The notes under the pieces were generated by a model that made no database searches, had not been told where the DNA came from, and worked only from the letters and a program-made list of their open reading frames with translations. This document shows, one piece after another, positions 9,254-19,040 of a stretch of 64,000 nt of DNA. Made by a program: the position numbers and the translations under genes. The first letter of the stretch is position 1, and each line of letters starts with the position of its first letter. Origin of the DNA: Acidobacteriota bacterium (GTDB lineage: Bacteria > Actinomycetota > Acidimicrobiia > Spongiisociales > UBA11373); contig JACZWZ010000001.1 of the NCBI GenBank assembly GCA_022571885.1, positions 156 through 64,155 of the forward strand, written 5' to 3'.

Positions 9254-10087
9254 ATGCGCAGAGCCATCGGAATCATCGGGGCCGTCGCCGTAGCCGCCCT
9301 CGGCACACTGCTGTTGGTCGGCTACGTACGCGGTGCCGAGGACCGCGCTCTGGCCGGCGAGGAACTCGCCGACGTGCTGGTGGTCGATTTACCGATCGCC
9401 CAGGGGACCCCGGCCAGCAATCTGACCCCATTCGTCCGCCTGGAGCAAGTCCCGATGAAGATCAGGGCCGAGGGCGGTATCGCCGACCTGGCCACCCTGT
9501 TCGACCTGGTGGCCGCCACCGACCTCCTCCCCGGAGAACAGCTGGTGGCAGCGCGCTTTGTGACCGCCGAGTCGCTCGAGAAACACGCCCGAATAGAAGT
9601 ACCCGCGGACGCCCTCGAGGTGACGATCTCGATTTCACCGGAGCGAGCGCTCGGCGGCCAGCTGGTTCCGGGTGACGTGGTGGCCGTGATCGCATCGTTC
9701 GACCCCTTCGACCTGAACACGTTCGAACCATCCGACCTGGGCCCGGGCGAGATCATCGACCCCAATGAGATCTTCCTGGGAGCATCCGACAACGATCCCG
9801 GTTCCTCTGTGCGATCACCCACCTCCACCGGTCTCATCCTGCACAGAGTGCTCGTAACTGCCGTGCAGTTGGAGCAGCTGCCCCGATTGGCCGGCGATGA
9901 CCTCCCCGAGGACACGCCGGAGCTGGCACCGACCGGCAACCTTCTGATAACGCTGGCAGCAGAGGTGGACGACGTCGAGCGAATAGTGTTTGCCGCCGAA
10001 CACGGATTCATCTGGCTGGCATCCGAAGGCACGGACGTCGTCGACTCGCCGACGCCGATCCAAACCCGGGAGACGGTCTACCGATGA
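9254..10087 (+). CDS. cpaB: CpaB/RcpC Flp pilus assembly protein (SAF + RcpC)
   Basis: N-terminal TM then SAF-like region (ADVLVVDLPIAQGTPASNLTPFVRLEQVP...GEQLVAARF) and C-terminal RcpC-like region. Confidence 0.75.
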   Translation: MRRAIGIIGAVAVAALGTLLLVGYVRGAEDRALAGEELADVLVVDLPIAQGTPASNLTPFVRLEQVPMKIRAEGGIADLATLFDLVAATDLLPGEQLVAARFVTAESLEKHARIEVPADALEVTISISPERALGGQLVPGDVVAVIASFDPFDLNTFEPSDLGPGEIIDPNEIFLGASDNDPGSSVRSPTSTGLILHRVLVTAVQLEQLPRLAGDDLPEDTPELAPTGNLLITLAAEVDDVERIVFAAEHGFIWLASEGTDVVDSPTPIQTRETVYR

Positions 10088-11265
10088 GACCGATAATCCT
10101 CGCCGGCTCGACCGACCCCTTCGCCCGCAAGGTGTACGAAGCGATCGGCGACGACCTGCGGGATCGGGTTCGTCTGTGGACCCAGCACCTCGCCGACCCG
10201 GGCGGGCTGGAGGCGCTGCTCGACACGCAACCGGCGGTGGTGGTCCTCGGCCCGGGACTGGTCGACGAGGTCTCACTCCGCTTCGCCCAACAGATCGATG
10301 CCGAGCGTGCCGAGGTCGGAGTAGTCGTCGTCCAGAACGCCGGGACCAACGTCGAGGCCGCGCTGGCCGCCGGGGTCCGCGGGATCCTCAGCCAGGACTC
10401 CGATGCCGATTCGATCAGGGCCGCCATCGAAGGGGCAGCCGCATCCGTCGATCGCTACGAAGAGAGAGCGCAGACTCAGCTACGCAAGCCGTCGGTCGGC
10501 CGGGCCAAGGTCACAACGGTGTTGTCTCCCAAGGGCGGAGCCGGCAAGACGGTCCTCAGCACCAACCTGGCGGTGGGGCTCGCCTCGGTGGCGCCGCGCG
10601 GCGTGGTGATCGTCGATCTCGATCTCCAATTCGGTGACGTGGCCTATGCCCTCGGTCTCAAGCCGCGCCACACCATGTACGACGTCGTATCGACCGCCGG
10701 GCCGCTCGACATCACGACCCTCAAGGTGTTCCTCACCCACCACTCCTCCGACCTCTACGTGATGTGCGCCCCCGATGAGCCGGCTCGAGGCGAAATGATC
10801 GGAGTGGAGGCCGTGCAGCAGATCATCAGTCTTCTCGCCGCCGACTTCGATCATGTTGTGGTGGATACCCCGGCGGGGCTCAGCGAACACACCCTGGCGA
10901 CGCTCGACCTGTCGACCGACGTGATCTTCCTGGCAGACATGGACGTTCCCAGCGTTCGCCATCTCACCAAGGTCATCAAGGCCTTCGATCGCCTGGGGAT
11001 GCGGAGCGCCGAGCGCCACTTCGTCTTGAACCGCGCCGATGCCCGGGTCGGCCTCACCATGATGAAGGTGGCCAACCAGGCGGGCCTGGCGATCGACATC
11101 AAGATCCCGTTGTCGAAGCAGGTCCCGATAGCTCTCAACGCGGGTTCCCCGATCATTCTCTCCCATCCGAAGAATCCGGTAAGCCGCAAGATCTGGGAGA
11201 TCGTGGAACGACTCGCCGGCCCACAGATGCGGGAGACCAGGCAACCGTTGAAATGGAGTGCGTAA
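10084..11265 (+). CDS. cpaE: CpaE/TadZ (receiver-like N-domain + ParA/MinD ATPase)
   Basis: VLSPKGGAGKTVLSTNLAVGLA Walker A (KGGxGKT) plus N-terminal pseudo-receiver; start overlaps cpaB stop. Confidence 0.85.
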   Translation: MRPIILAGSTDPFARKVYEAIGDDLRDRVRLWTQHLADPGGLEALLDTQPAVVVLGPGLVDEVSLRFAQQIDAERAEVGVVVVQNAGTNVEAALAAGVRGILSQDSDADSIRAAIEGAAASVDRYEERAQTQLRKPSVGRAKVTTVLSPKGGAGKTVLSTNLAVGLASVAPRGVVIVDLDLQFGDVAYALGLKPRHTMYDVVSTAGPLDITTLKVFLTHHSSDLYVMCAPDEPARGEMIGVEAVQQIISLLAADFDHVVVDTPAGLSEHTLATLDLSTDVIFLADMDVPSVRHLTKVIKAFDRLGMRSAERHFVLNRADARVGLTMMKVANQAGLAIDIKIPLSKQVPIALNAGSPIILSHPKNPVSRKIWEIVERLAGPQMRETRQPLKWSA

Positions 11266-12642
11266 ATGAAGTTGAGTGACCGGCTCCAGGCCATCGAACC
11301 CGACCAAACACCATCGTCGCCGGGTAACGGACAGGTCGGAGAGACGATTCCATCCAGTGATCCACTCGCCGAATTCAAGGGCATGGCCAAGCAGGCCCTG
11401 TACGGCAAGCTGGAATCCCAAGCATTTGGCAGCGCTCTGGGAGAGGGAGAACTCAAGGCCACGGTGATCAAGGAATTGGAGAGGTTGATCGCCGACACCG
11501 ACATCCCGCTCAGCGCCGCCGAACGGGAGCGCATCGCCGAGGAAATCAGTGAGGACATACTGGGGTACGGGCCGATCCAGCGCTTCCTCGATGACCGCGA
11601 GGTCACCGAGATAATGGTCAACTCCACCAACCCGATCTTTGTGGAGCGCGCCGGAAAGATCAGTCGCACCACATCCCGCTTCTCCAGCGAAGAACATCTG
11701 CGCCAGGTGATCGAACGGATCGTTGCCAGCGTCGGGCGCCGCGTCGACGAAGCGTCACCGATGGTCGACGCCAGGCTCCCGGACGGCTCACGGGTGAATG
11801 CGATCATTCCCCCCCTGGCAGTCGATGGACCGGCCCTGACCATCCGCAAGTTCGCCGCCGACCCGTATGGGGTCGACGATCTCATCCACTTCAAGACGAT
11901 GACCCGTCCGATGGCAACGCTGCTGGCGGCTTGTGTGGAGGGAAAGCTCAACATCCTCATCTCCGGTGGCACCGGTTCGGGGAAGACCACGCTGTTGAAC
12001 GTCATGTCGTCCTTCGTCCCTGCCAACGAGCGGATCGTGACCATCGAGGACTCGGTCGAATTGCAGCTTCTTCAGGAGCACGTGGTGCGGCTGGAAAGCC
12101 GACCCGCCAACATCGAGGGGAAAGGACTGGTGACCATCCGCGACCTGGTGCGAAACTCGCTGCGGATGCGCCCCGACCGGATCGTCGTCGGCGAGGTACG
12201 CGGAGCCGAGGCGTTGGACATGTTGCAGGCGATGAACACCGGCCATGAGGGCTCGATGTCCACGCTGCACGCCAACAGTCCGCGCGACGCGCTGAGCCGC
12301 CTCGAGACAATGGTGCTGATGGCGGGACTGGACATCCCGGTGTCTGCAGTGCGCGAGTACATCTCCTCGGCGCTGAGCGTGATAATCCAACTCTCCCGAA
12401 TGAGCGACGGCACCCGCCGCATCACCCAGGTGTCCGAGATCGTCGGCATGGAGGGCGAGGTGATCACGATGCAAGACGTGTTCCGCTTCCACCAGACCGG
12501 TGTGGACGACGAGGGCAAGGTCATCGGCGGCATTATCCCCACCGGCATCCGACCCCAGTTCGCCGAACAGCTCTCCAGAGCAGGCCTGAAGCTTCCGGCC
12601 GGGTTGTTCGGTGGTCCGACCGCCAAGGAGAAGGCTGCGTGA
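11266..12642 (+). CDS. cpaF: CpaF/TadA secretion ATPase
   Basis: [16 protein letters not shown] Walker [49 protein letters not shown]. Confidence 0.9.
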   Translation: MKLSDRLQAIEPDQTPSSPGNGQVGETIPSSDPLAEFKGMAKQALYGKLESQAFGSALGEGELKATVIKELERLIADTDIPLSAAERERIAEEISEDILGYGPIQRFLDDREVTEIMVNSTNPIFVERAGKISRTTSRFSSEEHLRQVIERIVASVGRRVDEASPMVDARLPDGSRVNAIIPPLAVDGPALTIRKFAADPYGVDDLIHFKTMTRPMATLLAACVEGKLNILISGGTGSGKTTLLNVMSSFVPANERIVTIEDSVELQLLQEHVVRLESRPANIEGKGLVTIRDLVRNSLRMRPDRIVVGEVRGAEALDMLQAMNTGHEGSMSTLHANSPRDALSRLETMVLMAGLDIPVSAVREYISSALSVIIQLSRMSDGTRRITQVSEIVGMEGEVITMQDVFRFHQTGVDDEGKVIGGIIPTGIRPQFAEQLSRAGLKLPAGLFGGPTAKEKAA

Positions 12643-14543
12643 GACCGCTCGGCGCCATCGCAGTCGTCTTCGTAGCACTGGCGATATCGATCCCGGCATT
12701 GGCCGAAGAAGGCCTGGTGATCGAGTCCGTCGACATCACCAACGCGCCCGAAATGTCGCTGGTCATCTCGATCCCTGCTGAGGTGGTGGCGACAGATCCG
12801 GTGGCGTCGGACTTTGCGGTCCTGGTAGAAGGCATCCGGGTCTCGGCCGACGTGTTTGCCCTGGTGCGGGACCCGATGGAAGTGGTGATCGTGATCGATA
12901 CCTCCGGGAGCATGGCGGGTGAGCCGATGCAGGCGGCGACTTCTGCCGCCCTCGGGTTCATCGATTTGCTCCCCGAATCAGCCCTGGTGTCATTGGTCAC
13001 CTTCGGCGACGACGCGGTGGTCCGTAACGCCATGGGGGCGACTCGATCCGAGGTCGCCGAGTCTCTCTCAACCCTGATTGCCGAAGGGGAAACCGCTCTC
13101 TACGACGCCACGGTCACCGGCGCGTTGCAATTCACCGATGCCGACGCCAGACACGTCTTGGTGGTCCTCTCTGATGGAGCAGACACGGTGAGCACCGCCG
13201 GCCTCGACCAGGCGATCGCGGCTGCCGCAGAAGCAGACGCCGAGGTGCGGGCAGTCGCCCTGCAGACTTCTGAGAGCGCCCACGACGCTCTGTCGGCCCT
13301 GACCTCCACCGGCTCGATCACCACCGCGGTCGATGCCGCCGACCTGGCGGCCGCGTACCAGATCGTGGCACTCGAACTGACGGGCCGATATCGACTCACC
13401 TTCCAGGCGGCGTCGACCGGCTCGGTCCAGATCGATGTCTTCGTCAACGGACCGACGCGGGTGTTGTCATCCTCCCAGGTGGTCGATCTCGCCAGCGGAG
13501 TCGTCAGTCGAGGAGGTTCACCACAGCCGATTCCGGCGGGTTTCGGCCAAAACCCGGCGGCAGCGGTCCCGGTCGTCAAGGCCGAGCCGACCGGCCTCAG
13601 CTCGAGCTGGACCCTGCCGGCCGGGGTCGCCCTGGTGTTCGTCGGTGCGTTGACCATGCTGTGGCTGACGTCAAAGGATGACGAAAACCCACTGGCGTTC
13701 GAGGCTCCGGTCGAAGTCGATCAATCGATCGAGCGAGCCGGTTTCATCCCGGCCGTCGGAAGAAGGGCGAGGGCGATCGGGGAGCGAATCGCCGGGCGTA
13801 ACGATGCCGGGGCCATGGACCGCGCCCTGGATCGCGCCGGAGTCGCCCTGCGTCCCGGAGAATTCGTCATTGTCTCGGCAACCGGGGTGGTCGTCGGCGT
13901 GACCGCCGGACTCGTCATGGGCGGCACCATCGGCGCGGTATTCCTGGGAGCAGCAGCCGCGGCAGCGCCCCGAACCATTCTGCGCACACTGGCCAATCGG
14001 CGTCGGCGCGCCTTCGCCAACCAACTCGAAGGCAGTTTGCAGACGATCGCCGGGAGCCTGCGTGCCGGCTACGGGTTGGTGCAAGCGATGTCGACCGTCG
14101 CCGAAGAGTCGCCGTCGCCGACCTCAGACGAGTTCAACCGGGTTGTGGTCGAGTCACGCCTGGGGCGATCGATCGAAGATTCGCTGGCCGCGATGGCCGA
14201 GCGCCTCGAAAACGAGGATCTCGGCTGGGTGGTCGAAGCCATCGAGATCCAGCACGAGGTGGGCGGCAACCTGGCCGAGGTTCTCGACACCGTGACCAAC
14301 ACCATCCGCGAGCGCAACCAGCTCCGGCGCCAGGTGCAGGCACTCAGCGCCGAAGGCAAGATCTCCGCCATCATCCTGGTGTCGCTGCCGCTGGTGATCG
14401 CCTTCTTCATCGCGATAATCAGCCCCGACTATCTCGCCGAACTGACCGATACCGGCGTGGGCCGGATCATGATTGGAGTGGCGGCAATACTCATGCTCGC
14501 CGGCGCCGCCTGGATCAAAAAGATCATCAGGGTGGAATTCTGA
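12639..14543 (+). CDS. tadB: fusion: signal peptide + secreted von Willebrand factor A (VWA) domain + C-terminal TadB (T2SS-F family) membrane domain
   Basis: [22 protein letters not shown] signal; [13 protein letters not shown] (DxSxS MIDAS) ...[11 protein letters not shown] features in residues about 80-250; TM; then [16 protein letters not shown]... typical TadB/GspF-like region with C-terminal TMs. Confidence 0.75.
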   Translation: MRPLGAIAVVFVALAISIPALAEEGLVIESVDITNAPEMSLVISIPAEVVATDPVASDFAVLVEGIRVSADVFALVRDPMEVVIVIDTSGSMAGEPMQAATSAALGFIDLLPESALVSLVTFGDDAVVRNAMGATRSEVAESLSTLIAEGETALYDATVTGALQFTDADARHVLVVLSDGADTVSTAGLDQAIAAAAEADAEVRAVALQTSESAHDALSALTSTGSITTAVDAADLAAAYQIVALELTGRYRLTFQAASTGSVQIDVFVNGPTRVLSSSQVVDLASGVVSRGGSPQPIPAGFGQNPAAAVPVVKAEPTGLSSSWTLPAGVALVFVGALTMLWLTSKDDENPLAFEAPVEVDQSIERAGFIPAVGRRARAIGERIAGRNDAGAMDRALDRAGVALRPGEFVIVSATGVVVGVTAGLVMGGTIGAVFLGAAAAAAPRTILRTLANRRRRAFANQLEGSLQTIAGSLRAGYGLVQAMSTVAEESPSPTSDEFNRVVVESRLGRSIEDSLAAMAERLENEDLGWVVEAIEIQHEVGGNLAEVLDTVTNTIRERNQLRRQVQALSAEGKISAIILVSLPLVIAFFIAIISPDYLAELTDTGVGRIMIGVAAILMLAGAAWIKKIIRVEF

Positions 14544-15451
14544 TGCTGGGCGTACCTGTCTACGTCGTGGCGGCGGCCGGGATGGTGGTGGCAAGCTTGC
14601 CGCTGCTGGCGTGGTCGGTCGGCGGAAACCGGAGCAAGGTTGCTCCGACAGGTTTCGTCGATGGGCCGATCGATGAGCGGCAGGTGTACTTGCGGGTGGG
14701 GCCGCTCGATCGGGTCATCGTTCCGGTGGCCCGTTATCTGGGCCGTAAGGTCCGCCGAATCACCCCCGTGGGTTGGATCGATTCGCTGGAGCGGCGGATT
14801 CGACTCGCCGGATCTCCCGACGCCTGGCCGGTGGAGCGGGCACTGGCACTCAAGATGGTTCTCGGGATCGTGGGCGCCCTGGGGACTTGGGCCGCGAGAG
14901 GCAACGCTTTTGGCCTCTCCGACCTCGGGCTGAGCGCTCTCGGAGGTCTGGTTGGATACTTGCTGATCGATCTGATCCTCTACTCCCGCGGCAAGGAGCG
15001 TCAGAAGAAGATCCTCAAATCGCTTCCCGACACACTCGATCAACTCACCATCAGCGTGGAAGCGGGACTCGGATTCGACGCCGCCCTGATGAGAGTCACC
15101 TCCACCGGGACCGGCCCTCTCGCCGAGGAGCTGACCCGAGTGCTGGCCGAGATCAAGGTCGGCGTCCAACGGACCGACGCCCTGAAACACCTGATCGAAC
15201 GCACCGACGTCTACGAGCTGCGCCACTTCATCCTGGCGTTGAACCAGGCGGAGCAGTACGGGCTTCCGGTGGCCCGAGTGCTGCGTATCCAGTCCGGAGA
15301 CCTTCGGATCAAGCGGCGTCAGCGGGCCGAAGAAGAGGCCATGAAGATCCCGGTCAAGATCGTGTTCCCCCTCGTTTTCTGCATCTTCCCGGCGCTATTC
15401 GTGGTCCTGCTGGGACCGGCCATGATCCGGGTCTCGCGGGCTCTGCTCTAG
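14543..15451 (+). CDS. tadC: TadC (T2SS-F family) inner-membrane platform protein
   Basis: Three TM segments with cytoplasmic LPDTLDQLTISVEAGLGFDAALMRV...QAEQYGLPVARVL GspF-like domain. Confidence 0.8.
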   Translation: MLGVPVYVVAAAGMVVASLPLLAWSVGGNRSKVAPTGFVDGPIDERQVYLRVGPLDRVIVPVARYLGRKVRRITPVGWIDSLERRIRLAGSPDAWPVERALALKMVLGIVGALGTWAARGNAFGLSDLGLSALGGLVGYLLIDLILYSRGKERQKKILKSLPDTLDQLTISVEAGLGFDAALMRVTSTGTGPLAEELTRVLAEIKVGVQRTDALKHLIERTDVYELRHFILALNQAEQYGLPVARVLRIQSGDLRIKRRQRAEEEAMKIPVKIVFPLVFCIFPALFVVLLGPAMIRVSRALL

Positions 15452-15456
15452 CTAGA

Positions 15457-15830
15457 GGAAGTCACCAGTCTCCAGTCTCCAGTCTCCAGTCTCCAGTCAG
15501 AATTCAGATTCGGAGGGAGGCCATCCTGCTGAGTGGCTGACCAAAGAACTCCAGTCCCCACTTGAGAAGTCCCCGGTTTCCGGTCCCCAGTCGCTAGTCA
15601 GAATTCAGATTCGGAGAGAGGCCCCTCCTGATGACTGGCGGCTTAGAGGCCGCGCGGATAGGCGGGATGCGACCGCCGGTGCCTCGTGAGCCCTTGTGGA
15701 ATATCGCCCTGCGTGTGAAACATCCGTCCATGTTTCACCCAACCGCTGAGTCTCTTAGTACTGAAGTCTTGCTGGAGACTGGAGACTGACGACTGACGAC
15801 TGACGACTGACGACTGACGACTCCTCTACG
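15457..15830. repeat. heptamer tandem arrays as inverted arms ((CAGTCTC)x4 ... (GGAGACT)x2(GACGACT)x5) bounding about 270 nt with two 28-nt direct repeats (gtcagaattcagattcggagRgaggcc) and a 9-bp perfect hairpin (gtgaaacat ccgtcc atgtttcac)
   Basis: Read directly in the convergent tadC / UPF0182 intergenic region. Confidence 0.7.
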
Positions 15831-18789
15831 CGTTTTCTCCCGCCAGGGCTCCCTCGATCAACTCCCGGGCCTGGTCGATCAGCCGTTGTGCCTCAGCGAC
15901 CTGAGACTGATAGGTGGCGAGGTCGGCGTCGCGTAGTGCGGCATCTGCTCGGGTAAAGGCTGCATCCGCCCGGGCCAGCAGCTGTGACACCGCAGCAGTT
16001 ACATCCTCCGGCAATGGCTCCGTGGTCCCGTCGTCGGTGCCGTCATCGTCGACGATCGGACCCGCATCGCCGAACACTGCCTGGAGCGACTCGTCGAGGG
16101 TCGGTCGCATCACGATGCGATCGCCGAACACCACGATGACGAACTTCACCTCCGGTAGAGCTGCGATATCCGAAGCCGCCGCACTTCCCGCCGGGTCGGC
16201 AGACACATAGATCGGCTGCACGTACATGATCGACTCTGCGATCGGCACCACCAGCATGTTGCCCTGGATCACCTCGGACCCACCCTGGCTCAGCAGGCTG
16301 AACTCACGTGAGATATCGGGCTCCTGGTTGATCCGGGCACCGATCTGGCCGGGACCGTCTACAAAGGACTCGCGCGGCAACTCGAACGTGATCAGCCGTC
16401 CGTACTCATCCGGATCCGACTTCGCCACGATGAAGGCAACCATGTTTGGTCGAGTGGCGGCCGTAAACGGCTGCAGCAGCAAGTAGGAGAGATCGGTCTC
16501 ACCCGGAAGCTCCATCAGCAGGTAGTAGGGCACCATCGGTCGGTTTTCGGCCGGGAAGGACACTCGCTGTGCCTCGGAGCTGGTGGTCGACGGATCGCGG
16601 GCTATCTCCCAAGGGGCACCGTTGTTGAAGAACACCCGGGGGTCGGTGACGTGGTACTTGGTGTACACGTCGGACTGGACCCGGAACAGGTCTTCGGGAT
16701 AGCGGAGGTGGTTGAGGAGCTCCGGTGGCATCTCGTCGGCGTCGGAGAACAGCGACGGGAAAATACTCCGATAGGCCCGCACGATCGGATCGGTATCGTC
16801 GAAGAGGTAGAAAATGATCGTTCCATCGAAAGCATCGACGGTGGCCTTCACCGAATTCCGGATGTAGTTGAAGTCGCTGGGGAGCCCGGAGGCGACATTG
16901 AGCCGACCGGCAGCCGGGACACCACCGGCGGTGGACTGGGTGCTGTCGGCCGGCGTCGAATACGGGTACCGATCGGTCACCGTGTACATGTCCTGGACCC
17001 AGACAAGCTTCCCCTCGCTGCTGATCACCAGATACGGGTCGGTGTCGGCGGCCAGGAATGGTGCCGCCTTCTCGAGGCGGTCACGCAGGTTGCGCACCAT
17101 GAGCACCCTGCTGTCGCTGGTGATCTGACCCGAGATGAGGGTATTGATGTCGGCGAACCGGAGGGCGAACGCCGCCCTACGGAAGAACGAACCTATCTCC
17201 ACACCACCTTTACCGTCGTATGAGGTAAAGGCGAGCAACTCGCTCCCGTTGCCCTCGTCGGAGCTGGTCTCGATCGGGAAGTCGACCTCCTGCTCCTTGG
17301 TACCGACGACCACGAAGTCTGACGAAGCCACCGTTTCACCGAAGTAGATCCGTCCCTGGCTCACCTCGACGGTTGCCGGCACGCCCTCGTCAGGATTGAT
17401 GTCCTTCAGAATGAAGTCCGGCTGGCCCTGGGTCGTCACCGTGTTGGCCGGACTCAGCACGGCGCCGAACCCGTGGGTGTAGACCAGATGCTCGTTTACC
17501 CAGCCACCCCCGGGGATACCGGCGGTGTCGAGTTCGCGAGCGGCCAGCATCACCTGGGTCAGCTCACCATCCAGCATGTAGCGATCTACATCGACGTCAT
17601 CGAACTGATAGAACGGCTGCAGCTCCTGGAGCTGCCGATAGGTGGTGAGCAGCACCGACGGATCCCACAGCCGAATGTTGTCGATCGTCGGTGAATTGTT
17701 GGCGATATCTTCCGCATCGAGCGCATCGGAAGCTGCAAAGCCTTTGACTTCGACCGAATCGAGACCATATGCCGCGCGGGTGAATTCGATATTCCGGGTG
17801 ACAAACGGAAGCTCCTTGTTGATCTCGTCCGGCTGGACCGAAAAGCGCTGAACGGCAGCCGGCCAGATGCCGCCGAGCGCCACCGAAGTGACGAGCCACA
17901 GGCCGAAGGCCACTGCCGGCAGAGTCCACCCCCTGATCCGCGTATTCACCAGGAGCAAGATTGCCGCCACCACCGAAATCCCAATGAGCAGGTTGAGCGC
18001 AGGTAATTGGGCGTTGACATCGGTATGGGTCGCTCCGAATACGGCACCACGGGACGAATACAGCAGATCGAATCGGTCCAGCCAGTAGCCGGCGGCCTTG
18101 AAGAGAGCGATGATCGCCAGCAACACCGAGAGGTGAACCTTCACCCCGGCGGATACGCGCTGCACTCGCGGTTGTATCTGTACGCCGCCGTTGAGGTAAT
18201 GGATCGCGGCAATCACCAGGAAGGTGATCAGGAAGAACTGGAAGCCCCAACTAAAGAGGTCCCGATAGAACGGCACCGTGAAAACGTAGAAACCGACATC
18301 GTTGTTGAAGACCGGATCGACAATGCCAAACTTCTCGCTGTTCTGGAAGAGAAGCCAGTCCTCCCACCACGCCCCGGCACCGAGTCCGATGAGCAGACCA
18401 ATGAAACCGCTCACGGCGAGGCGGAACCGGAGACGCCGGGTCCGCACCCACTCCTGGAAACGCTCCACGATCTCCTCATCCGGGCTTCCGGCAACCAGGG
18501 ACTGGGGCGGCGAAAGCCGGTCGGCCACGACGAGGTTCAAGAACAGGAGCGAGAACGCCAGCAAGGTGGCGATGATGACGAGAATAATCCGAGTGAAGAT
18601 CAGCGTTCGCCAGACCGACCCGAACCCCAGCGAATCGAACCAGAGAAAATCGGTCCAGAAGTTCGCTATCCCGCGCAGCGACAGCAGCAGGATGAACAGA
18701 ACAACACCGGCCCCGATGAGCAGCCGCCGGCCGCGCGAGAAGGAACGGATCGGGATGGGAGTGGGTTCACGCTCAATCATTGAGGACAC
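15826..18789 (-). CDS. UPF0182-family large membrane protein (like M. tuberculosis Rv3193c)
   Basis: 987 aa; N-terminus RRLLIGAGVVLFILLLSLRGIANFWTDFLWFDSLGFGSVWRTLIFTRIIL matches UPF0182; multiple N-terminal TMs and a large extracytoplasmic domain. Confidence 0.75.
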   Translation of the reverse strand: MSSMIEREPTPIPIRSFSRGRRLLIGAGVVLFILLLSLRGIANFWTDFLWFDSLGFGSVWRTLIFTRIILVIIATLLAFSLLFLNLVVADRLSPPQSLVAGSPDEEIVERFQEWVRTRRLRFRLAVSGFIGLLIGLGAGAWWEDWLLFQNSEKFGIVDPVFNNDVGFYVFTVPFYRDLFSWGFQFFLITFLVIAAIHYLNGGVQIQPRVQRVSAGVKVHLSVLLAIIALFKAAGYWLDRFDLLYSSRGAVFGATHTDVNAQLPALNLLIGISVVAAILLLVNTRIRGWTLPAVAFGLWLVTSVALGGIWPAAVQRFSVQPDEINKELPFVTRNIEFTRAAYGLDSVEVKGFAASDALDAEDIANNSPTIDNIRLWDPSVLLTTYRQLQELQPFYQFDDVDVDRYMLDGELTQVMLAARELDTAGIPGGGWVNEHLVYTHGFGAVLSPANTVTTQGQPDFILKDINPDEGVPATVEVSQGRIYFGETVASSDFVVVGTKEQEVDFPIETSSDEGNGSELLAFTSYDGKGGVEIGSFFRRAAFALRFADINTLISGQITSDSRVLMVRNLRDRLEKAAPFLAADTDPYLVISSEGKLVWVQDMYTVTDRYPYSTPADSTQSTAGGVPAAGRLNVASGLPSDFNYIRNSVKATVDAFDGTIIFYLFDDTDPIVRAYRSIFPSLFSDADEMPPELLNHLRYPEDLFRVQSDVYTKYHVTDPRVFFNNGAPWEIARDPSTTSSEAQRVSFPAENRPMVPYYLLMELPGETDLSYLLLQPFTAATRPNMVAFIVAKSDPDEYGRLITFELPRESFVDGPGQIGARINQEPDISREFSLLSQGGSEVIQGNMLVVPIAESIMYVQPIYVSADPAGSAAASDIAALPEVKFVIVVFGDRIVMRPTLDESLQAVFGDAGPIVDDDGTDDGTTEPLPEDVTAAVSQLLARADAAFTRADAALRDADLATYQSQVAEAQRLIDQARELIEGALAGENA

Positions 18790-18954
18790 ATACTACGGGG
18801 CGTGCGCACCTTTCCCGACGGGCCAGCACCCGGCCTGATGCCGAGTGAGGTGGAGGGCGTATTTTCGAGGGTCGCGCCGAGTCGGCGTCGAGTATCCGGT
18901 ACCAGGCGTCGGACGTCTACAGGGGTCGACGCGCTTCGCAACCCTCGGTCGTCG

Positions 18955-19040
18955 TGCCGTCGAGTATCCAGTTCAGACTGGTTACTGGCTACTGGCTACT
19001 GGTTACTGGCTACTGGCTACTGGTTACTGGTTACTCTGCC
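18955..19040. repeat. (TACTGGY)x8 heptamer tandem array, preceded by two copies of gtcgagtatccRgt
   Basis: ggttactggctactggctactggttactggctactggctactggttactggttact read directly between the DivIVA-like stop and UPF0182 start. Confidence 0.8.

Noticed and set aside
10480-12044. Two long minus-strand ORFs (405 and 397 aa)
   Set aside because: Antisense to cpaE/cpaF, which carry unambiguous Walker motifs; long antisense ORFs are expected in high-GC DNA.
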